Source: a virus
IMG/VR virus record: IMGVR_UViG_3300043811_000050
Span: 1 to 64,000 of that record
Length of the DNA stretch: 64,000 nt
Direction: 5' to 3' (one strand)
Within the stretch, counting starts at the first letter, position 1; every line of letters starts with the position of its first letter. The position numbers and the translations under genes were made by a program. The notes under the pieces are model-generated. The model was not told where the DNA came from. It made no database searches and saw only the letters and a list, made by a program, of their open reading frames with translations. This document shows positions 19,147-28,328 of this stretch, in pieces.

Positions 19147-20280
19147 ATGGCAGTTAAGACAGTAACACATCCAGACGGCCGCACCGCCCGCTTCGGCCGC
19201 AAGCACAGGGTCGGCGGTCGCGTTACCCTGAAGCTGAAGAACTATATGATCCCAGGCGTGACGCCGCCGGCCTCAACCAATTATGCGGCAGCGGCGACGC
19301 CAGCGCTCGCGGAGATGTACGAAAACGACAGCCTTGGAGATTGCGTGATCGCCGGCATCCAGCACGTCGAGGGTGTGATGACCGGCAATGAGCCGGCTAC
19401 CCCGCTGATCTACACCACGGCACAGACTACGGCATTTTACAGCGGCGCATGCGGCTATGTTCCCGGCAATCCAAATACTGACGAGGGGTGCGATATTGAG
19501 ACCACCATTGCTTGGTGGATGAAGAATGGAGCTCCCTCCGGCAGCGCGCATAAGCCCCTCGCGTACCTCGAAGTCGACCCTACTAATCAGGCCGAGGTGC
19601 AAACCGCAATATGGCTGTTTGAGAACCTGATCATCGGTCTTGACCTGCCGGATGCATGGATCACACCGTTCCCGTCCGCGAGCGGATTCACTTGGGATGT
19701 GGCTGGCCCGCCTGATCCCGAGAACGGACACTGTCCGCCGGGCATCGACTACAACTCCAATGGCATTATCATTTCCACTTGGGCAATGACCGGGCTGATG
19801 ACATACGCCGCTCTGGCGTTCTACTGTGCGGCGGCTCAAGAGGGGGAATGCTATGTCGTCTTCTCGCAGGATACGCTGAATGCGGCGACCGGCCTTGCGC
19901 CAACTGGGCTCAACTACGCTCAAATGATCGCGGACTGGAACGCTATGGGGGGCAATCTAACCCCTCCCGTCACCCCGCCTCCGCCGTCCCCGCCTCCGCC
20001 GTCCCCGCCGCCTCCCCCCGGCACGGTACCCAGCCACGCCGCGCTCGATCAAGCATTGACGGCCCTTGGCCGCGTCATCAATGAAATCCAGAACCCCAAC
20101 GTGCGCAGCGACGTGCAGAGAGAGTTCCGGGTAGTCAGCAGCCAGGCGGCAGCCTATGAGACTGCGGTTACGGCTGGCTGGGGGACGACAGCTCCGTCTC
20201 GGCCACCCCAGCAGGGCAATCCGCAGCCCCAGCCGCCTCGACGCCCCGGCCGCGACCCACTGATAGGTAGAACAAGCTAG
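19147..20280 (+). CDS. Papain-like cysteine peptidase with polyproline linker
   Basis: NDSLGDCVIAG (catalytic Cys), GHC (His), STWA; PPPPSPPPPSPPPPP tract. Confidence 0.6.
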   Translation: MAVKTVTHPDGRTARFGRKHRVGGRVTLKLKNYMIPGVTPPASTNYAAAATPALAEMYENDSLGDCVIAGIQHVEGVMTGNEPATPLIYTTAQTTAFYSGACGYVPGNPNTDEGCDIETTIAWWMKNGAPSGSAHKPLAYLEVDPTNQAEVQTAIWLFENLIIGLDLPDAWITPFPSASGFTWDVAGPPDPENGHCPPGIDYNSNGIIISTWAMTGLMTYAALAFYCAAAQEGECYVVFSQDTLNAATGLAPTGLNYAQMIADWNAMGGNLTPPVTPPPPSPPPPSPPPPPGTVPSHAALDQALTALGRVINEIQNPNVRSDVQREFRVVSSQAAAYETAVTAGWGTTAPSRPPQQGNPQPQPPRRPGRDPLIGRTS

Positions 20281-20282
20281 CT

Positions 20283-20696
20283 ATGAGAGCGCCCCCCATC
20301 TTCAAGCTACCGGCCTACGTCGTCTTCCGGGTTAACGGCGTAGGCATCTTCCTTCACCCAAACATGGAGAATCTCGTCATGCTAAATCTGACGGTGGGCC
20401 ACACCGCAACTCTTGGCATCGAATATCTCGACCAGAACGGAAATCCAATGCTTACGGCTCCCGTACCGGATAGCCCGCCGACTTGGACAAACAACCCATC
20501 AGCCCCAGGTGTTGACACATTCACTCCGTCCCCGGACGGGACATCTGCGACTCTGGTTGCGGACGCGGCAGGCAGTGACTCGGTTAGCCTGAGTGTGATC
20601 GTTGGCAGCCAGACGTTTCCGGCATCGCTTGCGATTACGATTAGTGCGGAGGCACAGGTCTTGACCTCCGTCGCGATCACGTCGACCGTGAGTTGA
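20283..20696 (+). CDS. Ig-like hypothetical protein (start may be 20379)
   Basis: LDQNGNP...W...SPDG.SATL beta-sandwich pattern. Confidence 0.5.
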   Translation: MRAPPIFKLPAYVVFRVNGVGIFLHPNMENLVMLNLTVGHTATLGIEYLDQNGNPMLTAPVPDSPPTWTNNPSAPGVDTFTPSPDGTSATLVADAAGSDSVSLSVIVGSQTFPASLAITISAEAQVLTSVAITSTVS

Positions 20697-20703
20697 TCGA
20701 CCT

Positions 20704-20895
20704 TTGAACGGCGGCACCAAATGGCCGCTCAATCTCGACCGGGATCGGGGGATAAAAATCACCATCGATCTCGGTCGCGCGCCTGACGATCCGGGGCGAC
20801 GGGCGGACATTTATCATGCCCTGCGCATCCTCGCGGACAATGATATGATCGAAGGGCTTGAATGTGACCGGGGAGGGCTGAAGATCGTGAAATAG
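20704..20895 (+). CDS. Hypothetical protein
   Basis: ORF in operon context. Confidence 0.35.
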   Translation: MNGGTKWPLNLDRDRGIKITIDLGRAPDDPGRRADIYHALRILADNDMIEGLECDRGGLKIVK

Positions 20896-20904
20896 GAGGC
20901 GAAA

Positions 20905-21156
20905 ATGGTCTGTGTACTAAATCCGGCATTCTGGGTCTACATCGTTGTTCTAATTGGCGGAATAATGCTGATTCGTCTGCTGGTTCCATGGTTTGTAAAC
21001 TTCTTTGGATTTCCGGCCCCGATCCCGCAAGCGATCATGATCATCCTCTGGATTGTCATTGCATGCGCCGGCATCTACTTCCTGTTTGAGCTCTTGAGTT
21101 GTGTGTTCAGTTCGGGAGGCGGCCTTAGCTTTCCGACATTTCCGCGCGGCAGATGA
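20905..21156 (+). CDS. Two-TM membrane protein
   Basis: Two long hydrophobic helices; AGGAGG RBS. Confidence 0.65.
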   Translation: MVCVLNPAFWVYIVVLIGGIMLIRLLVPWFVNFFGFPAPIPQAIMIILWIVIACAGIYFLFELLSCVFSSGGGLSFPTFPRGR

Positions 21157-21160
21157 TACG

Positions 21161-21265
21161 ATGCACCGCGACCACTCCGACCGGATGCGTGCCGCCGCCC
21201 GGATTGTAGTCCCTATCCTGATCGCTGCGGCGCTCTTCTTCGTGATCTGGTTGGTGACGCTATGA
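21161..21265 (+). CDS. 34-aa single-TM peptide
   Basis: MHRDHSDRMRAAARIVVPILIAAALFFVIWLVTL; below the ORF-track cutoff. Confidence 0.4.
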   Translation: MHRDHSDRMRAAARIVVPILIAAALFFVIWLVTL

Positions 21266-21415
21266 TGCGAGCGCTCTGCGCCCTGACCCTCGGCATGGCG
21301 GGAGGCTATGCGGTCCACATGACGTTCGTCGTCATGGGCTGGTCGCCGTGATCCCCGCCGTCCCCATGGCGGTCTACTTCAGCAAGTTCGGGGTGCTGAT
21401 ATACAATCCGGTGGC

Positions 21416-21655
21416 GTGGTACACAATCCCGCTCTGGTGGTACTTCCCATGATGGAATGGATGCTGATATCTGTGGTCGCGACGGCAACTGGGATTGCCC
21501 CGCTTCCAGGTTATCAGCCGCTTTACTTCCGCACATACCTTGCCTGCAACGAGGTCGCGCTGGAATTCACCCCACCAGGGAAGCCGCGCATAGGGACGCG
21601 ATTCGCGATATGCAGGAAACTGGGAGACGAGCCGGAGGACGGCAATGGCCGATAA
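21416..21655 (+). CDS. Small Cys-containing hypothetical protein
   Basis: Hydrophobic N-terminal segment; F.T...C...C pattern as in 18936..19127. Confidence 0.4.
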   Translation: MVHNPALVVLPMMEWMLISVVATATGIAPLPGYQPLYFRTYLACNEVALEFTPPGKPRIGTRFAICRKLGDEPEDGNGR

Positions 21656-22298
21656 TACCGGCACCGGATCGGATCGCGCCGAAAGCCCACCTCGTGGTTA
21701 TCAGGCGAGCGGGGGGCTAGTCCCCGTCCCCGATCCCACCCTGCTCACAACTCAGAGCCTGCAGCGTGAAATAGCCGCGTTGAAGGAGCTGTTCACCACC
21801 GAGCTCAAGTCGATCGATCAGCGCATTTCAGAGGTGTCCGCCTACAGTCGAGCCCGGAACGAAGACATCAGGTCGGCCTCAACCACTCTGCAGGCGCTGC
21901 TGGAAGAGAAGATCGACAAGCTGTCGGCGGTCTGCATCGAGAAGTTCGCTGGCGTTGGTGCGCAATTCGCGGAACGCGACACCAGAACCGACCAGCGCGC
22001 AGGCGACACCAAGCTAGCGGTCGACGCGGCCTTTGCCGCGGCGAAGGAGGCAACGGCCAAGATCGAAGCCGGGTTCACCAAGCAGATCGACGGGATGACG
22101 CAGATCCTCGACTCGAAGACGGCTAACCTTGGCGGCAACATTGACGACCTAAAGCAGCGCATGACGGCGGTTGAGAGCCGATCTGGAACTCAAACGGAAG
22201 GTCGCAGGGATAATCGGGATAACGTAGGGCTGATTGTGGCCATAATCGCAGCCGGATTGGCGGCGGGTTCTCTGTTTTTGCATTTTCCGGCACACTGA
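21645..22298 (+). CDS. Coiled-coil protein with C-terminal TM helix
   Basis: Heptad-rich body, C-terminal VGLIVAIIAAGLAAGSLFL. Confidence 0.65.
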   Translation: MADNTGTGSDRAESPPRGYQASGGLVPVPDPTLLTTQSLQREIAALKELFTTELKSIDQRISEVSAYSRARNEDIRSASTTLQALLEEKIDKLSAVCIEKFAGVGAQFAERDTRTDQRAGDTKLAVDAAFAAAKEATAKIEAGFTKQIDGMTQILDSKTANLGGNIDDLKQRMTAVESRSGTQTEGRRDNRDNVGLIVAIIAAGLAAGSLFLHFPAH

Positions 22299-22350
22299 AC
22301 AGCAGCGCCGCACGTCAAGCGGCTAGACTAGAACGGACGAGAACTGTGAA

Positions 22351-22728
22351 GTGGAACGTACGCGGGGTGGACGGCGTGAGCCCGAGGAGGAGGCCGGGCG
22401 CAGCGTCGACCAGTCTCCGCTCGAGCTCCTAGCGGAAGTCGTCAAGGGGCTCGGGGCTAGGCTTGACGTCGTCCGGGGGCAGTCCGAAGAACTCCTGGAA
22501 GCGATACGGAGCCACGAAAGTCTACGCCCGGACGAGGTGCTGGAACTTCGCAATTTCGTGAAGGAGACGCTCCCGCAGATACAGGAAATCCTGGAGAACA
22601 GGAGGAACCAGAAGTGGTTCTGGAAGCGTGTTGGGCTGATGTTTGTTGGCGGTCCCGCCCTGGTGACGATGGGCGCGGCGCTTTGGCAACTCGGCATCAA
22701 GCTGATCGAATGGATACGCAGCCAGTAA
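22351..22728 (+). CDS. Coiled-coil protein with C-terminal TM helix
   Basis: Charged helical N-terminus, hydrophobic C-terminus. Confidence 0.55.
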   Translation: MERTRGGRREPEEEAGRSVDQSPLELLAEVVKGLGARLDVVRGQSEELLEAIRSHESLRPDEVLELRNFVKETLPQIQEILENRRNQKWFWKRVGLMFVGGPALVTMGAALWQLGIKLIEWIRSQ

Positions 22729-23189
22729 GGCGGCTCTGCGGCTGGATCTGGAGGAACCCATCGACGGTCGGGTCGGTTCTGATCGGCGCGGTGCTCTTCT
22801 TCATACCCGCCTCCATGCTGTGGGACCGCTCGCCGGCCGGGGAAACGCATCTGTGGATCGATCCGCCCGTCGTGGCGCCGGGCCAGCACTTCCAGGCGGT
22901 GTGGACCTACCACGTGCTGCGGCCCAATTGCGTTGGGAGAGTCCACCCAGTGCTGGAGGACAGTGCCCATCAGGTGTTCGCCTTCGCCTCCGTCGACTCG
23001 GTGGTCCATGGCCCGGTCGGCACCACGGGGACCTATCATTCCAACTGGAGGGCACCCAACGGGATTGCCCCCGGACCCGTCACGATGCGGCGCTACACGG
23101 ACCGCGGATGCAACCCCTTGCAGTTCTGGCTCTGGCCCATGAAGGAGGTCCATGAGGCGAAGTTTACCGTTGCCCTCGCCCCCAGATAA
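22710..23189 (+). CDS. Membrane-anchored periplasmic hypothetical protein
   Basis: N-terminal TM, beta-rich domain with two Cys; last gene before the terminator. Confidence 0.55.
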   Translation: MDTQPVRRLCGWIWRNPSTVGSVLIGAVLFFIPASMLWDRSPAGETHLWIDPPVVAPGQHFQAVWTYHVLRPNCVGRVHPVLEDSAHQVFAFASVDSVVHGPVGTTGTYHSNWRAPNGIAPGPVTMRRYTDRGCNPLQFWLWPMKEVHEAKFTVALAPR

Positions 23190-23240
23190 AGCGACAATGG
23201 GTTCGTGAGCGATCCCTCTCAGGATGCTCCTCCCAGACTT

Positions 23241-23270
23241 GACCCCGCGGCGCAAGCTGCGGGGTCTTTT
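23241..23270 (+). terminator. Rho-independent terminator ending the late operon
   Basis: GACCCCGCGGC-GCAA-GCTGCGGGGTC-TTTT between convergent operons. Confidence 0.85.
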
Positions 23271-23512
23271 CAATTTATTCTCCTGTCGCTCTTTTCGGTC
23301 GACGCTGCGCTAATATCCTTTTGCGTCTGGTGCACCTGACCCAGCGCCGCGCCGAGCAGCCGGTGCAGCTCCTCGGCGGTCTCGTAGGTCAATGCCACGT
23401 CGGCGTGGACTTGCCAGCGCGTATTAGCCCCGAAGGCGCCCGTGCTGAACTGCAGCCGGACGAGCGGCAGCTTGGCCAGGATTGCAACTTGGATCTTGTC
23501 GATGACGTTCAT
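23270..23512 (-). CDS. Hypothetical protein
   Basis: Last ORF of the leftward operon. Confidence 0.45.
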   Translation of the reverse strand: MNVIDKIQVAILAKLPLVRLQFSTGAFGANTRWQVHADVALTYETAEELHRLLGAALGQVHQTQKDISAASTEKSDRRIN

Positions 23513-23600
23513 TTCTTCGGATTCCACAGAACAACCGCCAGGACCAGAATGCTCGGCGTCCACGACAGCATGATCCCAAGCAGTATCGCTTCAAGTGTGG

Positions 23601-24560
23601 TCAAGCTCTCCTCCCCACCACGTACCCTGACACCACTGGTCCCTTGAATACCACCGGCTTGGGCCAGACCCCCGGCGACCAGTGAGTTGCCCCATCCATT
23701 ATGGGGGCAAGGTACTTTGCCCCCCAGATGGAAGCCGGCGCACCCTGGGGCACCTCGCACTCGGCCTCCCCTGATATAACCGCTTTGCCAAATGTGCTCT
23801 CAATCCGATCCGCATAGACCAGGATGGTGTCCTCGGCCAGGGCTGCTATTTCAAGGAAGGCTGAGCGGAAATCTGGCTCTATCTTCTGTGTCGGTTGCTC
23901 GTCCAGCGCCGACCGCACCAGGGCTGCGGCCTTGGCAGGGAACTCCCCGACCACCAGCTGGCTGCGCATCCACGCACCGTTGCGCCAGCGGAAGGCCACA
24001 TAGTGGTCGGTCCAGGCCCAGGCGTCCAGCCCTTCTTCCCGATCGATGATGAAATCCACGGCCCAGACGGGAAGCATGGCCTGGACGTCTCCTAGCTCCG
24101 GGCAGGGAGCACCCCCAAGCGCAATGTTATTGGTCGCGTAGCACCAGCCCTGCTGAAGTGCGATGCACATGGCCCATTGTTGTCCGGTATTGTCTGATAT
24201 GAATGGCCGAAGTGCCTTCAGTATACCGGGCAAGCCGGCAGGCATGGGTAGCCACTCAACATCCACACCGGGAAAGTTCCAATCGGTCATCGGCAACGTC
24301 TGAATGGTTCCGCGAAATCGCCCGGATTTAATGGTGATCGACCCATCATTGACTGTAATCGACACTTCTCCGGGCATCCTTGCCAAAACCTTTTCGAACT
24401 CCATGCCGGGAACCAGGAATTGCTGTCCAGTCGGCCACGGATGACCGGCAGTCAAGTTTATATTGGTTGCTTTGATGATGCCGTTGTCAACGCAGTAAAA
24501 GTTCATGCCGAACGACTTGACGCTCATGGCGTCGTGAATCCATTTCAGGGCTTGTTTCAT
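23601..24560 (-). CDS. DNA sliding clamp (Pol III beta)-like protein
   Basis: 319 aa; I.ATN, FLVP...F..VL..MP, ITIKSGR......L....FP and a second ATN in domain 2, as in DnaN folds. Confidence 0.65.
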   Translation of the reverse strand: MKQALKWIHDAMSVKSFGMNFYCVDNGIIKATNINLTAGHPWPTGQQFLVPGMEFEKVLARMPGEVSITVNDGSITIKSGRFRGTIQTLPMTDWNFPGVDVEWLPMPAGLPGILKALRPFISDNTGQQWAMCIALQQGWCYATNNIALGGAPCPELGDVQAMLPVWAVDFIIDREEGLDAWAWTDHYVAFRWRNGAWMRSQLVVGEFPAKAAALVRSALDEQPTQKIEPDFRSAFLEIAALAEDTILVYADRIESTFGKAVISGEAECEVPQGAPASIWGAKYLAPIMDGATHWSPGVWPKPVVFKGPVVSGYVVGRRA

Positions 24561-24574
24561 TTACGCCCACCTTT

Positions 24575-25249
24575 TCAAAATAGCCCCGGCTGCTTGATCG
24601 CATCCGAGATGCGCTTACATGCGATATCGAAGTATTTAGGCTCTTTTTCAATGCCGATGAATTTCCTTCCCAGGCCAACGGCAGCGACTCCCGTCGTACC
24701 GGAGCCCATGAACGGGTCTATTATGCTGTGCACATCATCGGGAAGCTGCCCTATACACCATTCCATGACTTGAACCGGCTTTTGCGTCGGATGCTGGCGA
24801 GTAATGGAATCTCCTTGCCGCAGCATGCCGTTCCACATCCAGCGAAAAATGCGCACGGCTTTTGGAAGATTGGTCCAGGCAAGCTCACAATCGGCAAAGT
24901 TGCTTTCACCGTTTACCTTATCCCACACCAGCCAGCATGGCGTTGGTCCGAGTCCTTGAAAATAGTTGCCGCCGAAAATAATCTGCCATTTTGACGACGC
25001 GAGTAGCATTGCTACACATTCAGTGCTGATTGGTTCCTTGTCCCATGACACTTCGCCATAATCAATAGCAGCTGCATAACGCAGGTTATTGCCAGCACCT
25101 CTGGCGGCTCCATATCCGCCACGAGACGCAATCTTTTTATCGTTTTCATTAATCCCATATGGCGGATCGGTAACGCAGGCGTCAACGCGAGGAAGCGTTG
25201 GCAAAATAGCTCGACAGTCTCCAAGATAGAGGGAGACGTATTCAGACAA
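24575..25249 (-). CDS. N6A/N4C DNA methyltransferase, beta class (likely TTG start)
   Basis: GDC, TDPPY, HPTQKP and DPFMGSGTT motifs. Confidence 0.9.
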   Translation of the reverse strand: MSEYVSLYLGDCRAILPTLPRVDACVTDPPYGINENDKKIASRGGYGAARGAGNNLRYAAAIDYGEVSWDKEPISTECVAMLLASSKWQIIFGGNYFQGLGPTPCWLVWDKVNGESNFADCELAWTNLPKAVRIFRWMWNGMLRQGDSITRQHPTQKPVQVMEWCIGQLPDDVHSIIDPFMGSGTTGVAAVGLGRKFIGIEKEPKYFDIACKRISDAIKQPGLF

Positions 25250-25253
25250 TTGC

Positions 25254-25715
25254 TCACGCCGGACCCAGCAATTCCCCGATGACTGTGGCGAAGGGATATT
25301 GTTCAAAGATTTTCCCCGCCTTGCCGCCGCGCGCGGAGGGCGCGGAACTGTCGTGCGTGCGAATATGCACTGTCTGAATACGAAGCGACGGCGGCAAATA
25401 TGCAATGCGACGACAATCGAGGGCGACGCATGCAAGCGCATCGAAATCGTGCGGTTGATAAACGCGCTGGCCGCCCTTCCCCGCGCGCCGGACGTGCCAT
25501 AGATAGGCCGGAAAATGGCCCTTGCGTTGCGGAATTGCCTTGGGGGCACGAGTGGCTTTGACCTGAATGCGAATTAGTCGCCCGCCCACATCGACGGCCA
25601 CATCGTAAGGACAGTTTTGATCGGTTAGAAAGGCCCGATATCCCTGTAAAATAAGGTCCGCGCAGACAAGATGCTCGCCCGCCACCCCAGCCGCTAAATC
25701 GCTGATATTTTCCAT
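25254..25715 (-). CDS. PD-(D/E)XK endonuclease (homing-endonuclease-like)
   Basis: G..GE..V..DL...G, PYD, RIQVK and Y...DFD motifs. Confidence 0.8.
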   Translation of the reverse strand: MENISDLAAGVAGEHLVCADLILQGYRAFLTDQNCPYDVAVDVGGRLIRIQVKATRAPKAIPQRKGHFPAYLWHVRRAGKGGQRVYQPHDFDALACVALDCRRIAYLPPSLRIQTVHIRTHDSSAPSARGGKAGKIFEQYPFATVIGELLGPA

Positions 25716-25729
25716 GCGAAAATTTTAAC

Positions 25730-25848
25730 ACAAAAACCGTATGGAGTCCAGTAACCACCGCGTCGACCTTCCCCAGCATCGGCAACACATCGCGACAATC
25801 CGCGTTGTACACCACGGCTCCTTCGGCGAGTTCCTTCTTAATAATCAC
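25730..25848 (-). pseudogene. Truncated second methyltransferase N-terminus
   Basis: GTG start with GGAGG RBS: IIKKELAEGAVVYNADCRDVLPMLGKVDAVVT, then frameshifted remains of the PPYG codons (CCA TAC GGT). Confidence 0.7.
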
Positions 25849-26126
25849 TTGGTCCCCTCCCGCCGATAGTACACGCGTCCACGGGACTCGCTGATGATCT
25901 TGTGGGTAGCGTGCAGGTTGGCCTGACATTTCGCCGTTGTGGCCATGGACTCCGGCCGGCGCTCGGGGAACTTCTTGGCCAGGATGCCGATCAGCTCCGA
26001 AATGCTGGCTCCGCTTTTGCGGGATATGGCCTCAATGATCGTCGTGCAGACGCCGCTGCGCTGGGTAAGCGGCGGTCGCGACTTGTCAGGCACGACTATA
26101 GATTTTGCTGACTTTGACATGGTCAA
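25845..26126 (-). CDS. Small winged-helix protein (DUF3489-like)
   Basis: IIEAISRKSGASISEL...GRVY pattern. Confidence 0.55.
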   Translation of the reverse strand: MTMSKSAKSIVVPDKSRPPLTQRSGVCTTIIEAISRKSGASISELIGILAKKFPERRPESMATTAKCQANLHATHKIISESRGRVYYRREGTK

Positions 26127-27052
26127 CGCTCCCCAAAATACTTCGTGACGCTGCCGGCTTCCTTTTCCTTACGGAGAGTCAGTCCGCACGCCTTGGCCAT
26201 TGCCGGCATTGACACAGCAGTCCATCCAGTAGCTGCGAGAACATCGGCAGTGGTGCAGCCGCTCTTTCTCGTCAGCAATTCGGCAATGAGCTGAGTCTTG
26301 GCACCACAGGTGCCTGCGCCGTTGCCATTTCTGACTTTGGCAGCCTTAGCCTTGGCGGTCTTAGCCTTAATAACCTTCGCTTTGGCCTTACTGGCCTTCT
26401 TTGATTTGCTCGCCACAATAGTCTCCTTTTCATCGTTAGAAACTTCGTTGGGAATCTCGGGAGCATTGTCCAGCGCCGACTGCATCTGCACCGACGGTGG
26501 AGAAACACATATCAACTTGTCATTCACAAGGTGCCATTCTGCCAAGGCCGGCCGATCAGGCTGGTCCTCGGTGGTCACCCAGACAAAGGCCACCTTTTTG
26601 CCGCCGCGACCGGCAGCATATCCAACCTTGTCTGCGATCTCATTGACAGTGGCGCCCGGAGCCAGGGACGTCTTGCCCCGGGCGATTACCTTCATATCCT
26701 GATCGAGTGGAAGAATCAACAACTTGGCCATGATGGCTACACTCCCGTGAAGAGGCTGGATCAGGCTTTCCCATCGACCGGTTCGCGGGTTCCAGCGTTG
26801 TCCGCGTCGATCTGTCTTAACAGATTTGATGCCGGTTTTAGGTCCAGCCGGCTTGACCTGAGATTTCTGCGCAGCACTAATTTTCATTTGTTTTTCAACG
26901 TTATGGTCGATGAAGATCGCTTGCTTAACCGGCCGATTGGCCCAGGCCTCGAAGCGATCGTCGGTGCCCATGAACAGAAAGTCCGGGGCGCCATCCTCGA
27001 CCATCTGCATGATATGTCGGGGCAACTCATGGGGTCCGTCGGATGGGTTCAT
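26123..27052 (-). CDS. Protein with Lys/Ala-rich linker and C-terminal DUF3489-like winged helix
   Basis: KTQLIAELLTRKSGCT..DV.AATGW......AK..GL.L; histone-like KASKAKAK tract; GGAGG RBS. Confidence 0.65.
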   Translation of the reverse strand: MNPSDGPHELPRHIMQMVEDGAPDFLFMGTDDRFEAWANRPVKQAIFIDHNVEKQMKISAAQKSQVKPAGPKTGIKSVKTDRRGQRWNPRTGRWESLIQPLHGSVAIMAKLLILPLDQDMKVIARGKTSLAPGATVNEIADKVGYAAGRGGKKVAFVWVTTEDQPDRPALAEWHLVNDKLICVSPPSVQMQSALDNAPEIPNEVSNDEKETIVASKSKKASKAKAKVIKAKTAKAKAAKVRNGNGAGTCGAKTQLIAELLTRKSGCTTADVLAATGWTAVSMPAMAKACGLTLRKEKEAGSVTKYFGER

Positions 27053-27090
27053 TGGTAGTGCCTCCTGTGTGGATAATCAGCTTACGTTGG

Positions 27091-27108
27091 ATTGATACAA
27101 AAATCAAG
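27091..27108. promoter_or_regulatory. Operator copy 3 overlapping a leftward promoter
   Basis: ATTGATACAAAAATCAAG; minus strand reads TTGATT-N17-TAAGCT. Confidence 0.6.
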
Positions 27109-27517
27109 GCTCTTGTTTCACCCCCAGCTTGACGATCATTTTCTGCAAGTCCTTTCTTACCTGATCCTGGGATTTCCTATAGACATCAACCACAATGGAA
27201 GCCGCGGCGGTGAGATCGCCGCCCTGCAACCAGTCATTATCATCATGCTTGGCGAGCAATTCTAAGGCTTGCTTGTAGTTAATATATTTTGGATCACGTT
27301 TCTGTTTCCTCCTGTACTTGAGGTAAGCGGTCCAGACCAAGTGTGCCGGGACTGACACATACCTCATTCCGAGTTTCCTCAAGAGGTTTTCAAGTTCGAC
27401 CAGTCGGGTCACCTCTTCGAGCTGAGCAGATGTGGCACACTTGAGTGCAGATGTTGCCTCAACGGCTTCCTGTCTTCTTGGCTGGTATCGTCTCACCCAT
27501 TCATAGAACAAATCCAT
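27104..27517 (-). CDS. Hypothetical protein
   Basis: Coupled ORF with GGAGG RBS. Confidence 0.5.
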   Translation of the reverse strand: MDLFYEWVRRYQPRRQEAVEATSALKCATSAQLEEVTRLVELENLLRKLGMRYVSVPAHLVWTAYLKYRRKQKRDPKYINYKQALELLAKHDDNDWLQGGDLTAAASIVVDVYRKSQDQVRKDLQKMIVKLGVKQEP

Positions 27518-27729
27518 CACCCCCTCCCGCACGCCTGCGCCACCAGCACCACGGCATGCATGCACAGCCAGGCCTCGTGTACATCCGCCGGCAGCCGGCG
27601 CATCTTGTTGGCAAGGGCCAGGGCGCGGACCCGCGGCACCAGCTCGTGGACCGGCAGCGAGCGCCAGCTCTTGACCAGCGCGCGGGCGCGGGCGTCGGGG
27701 TCGATATAAAGGATATTGCTGATGGTCAT
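27517..27729 (-). CDS. Hypothetical protein
   Basis: Coupled ORF. Confidence 0.5.
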   Translation of the reverse strand: MTISNILYIDPDARARALVKSWRSLPVHELVPRVRALALANKMRRLPADVHEAWLCMHAVVLVAQACGRG

Positions 27730-28262
27730 ATCAGCCCCCTCGCTTTGGCCAATGCTTCGAGACTGTCAAGAATAGCAAAGGTCTCGAGGCCAAGCTGTGT
27801 TCCGCCGCGGGTTTGTCGCCAGTGCTTATGCGCCTCTGGCAGGGTGAAATAACGGCACCCCGCCTTTACCATGGGTTCGGAATCCTGGGTCAACTTTTGT
27901 AGTAGAAAGTGATAGCCGTCTGAGCGAACGCCACCTTGAATAATCCATTGATCCCTAAGGTAGACCCCGCTGAGATAGGCCCCGCTAAGATTGGCCCCGC
28001 TAAGATTGGCCCCGCTGAGATTGGCCCCGCTAAGATTGGCCCAGCCGAGATTGGCCCCGCTAAGATTGGCCCAGTCGAGGTCAGCCCCTCTAAGGTTGGC
28101 CCCCCTAAGGTCGGCTCCGGTGAGATCGGCCACGTTGAGATCGGCCCCGGTGAGGTCGGCCCCAGTGAGGTCGGCCCCGTTGAGGTCAGCTCCGGTGAGG
28201 TCGGCCCCACCAAAATTTCGCCGGCCGCTTTCATACGCTGCTAACAGTTCATCTCTTGTCAT
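27726..28262 (-). CDS. Pentapeptide-repeat protein
   Basis: About 17 tandem A(D/N)LxG units; C-terminal AGCRYFT..EA..HW domain. Confidence 0.9.
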   Translation of the reverse strand: MTRDELLAAYESGRRNFGGADLTGADLNGADLTGADLTGADLNVADLTGADLRGANLRGADLDWANLSGANLGWANLSGANLSGANLSGANLSGAYLSGVYLRDQWIIQGGVRSDGYHFLLQKLTQDSEPMVKAGCRYFTLPEAHKHWRQTRGGTQLGLETFAILDSLEALAKARGLI

Positions 28263-28328
28263 AATTCCTCCTACGCCCCGCATGTCGCGGCTGGAGGCCC
28301 CCGGCATGGCCGAGGGCCTCGGGTCGCT

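Noticed and set aside
25150-25750. Group I intron splitting the methyltransferase
   Set aside because: The downstream copy has its own complete N-terminus, and I could not find a U|...G| junction that restores the frame or recognisable intron core elements
27960-28210. CRISPR-like or satellite repeat
   Set aside because: 15-bp periodicity is explained by the pentapeptide-repeat CDS; no unique spacers
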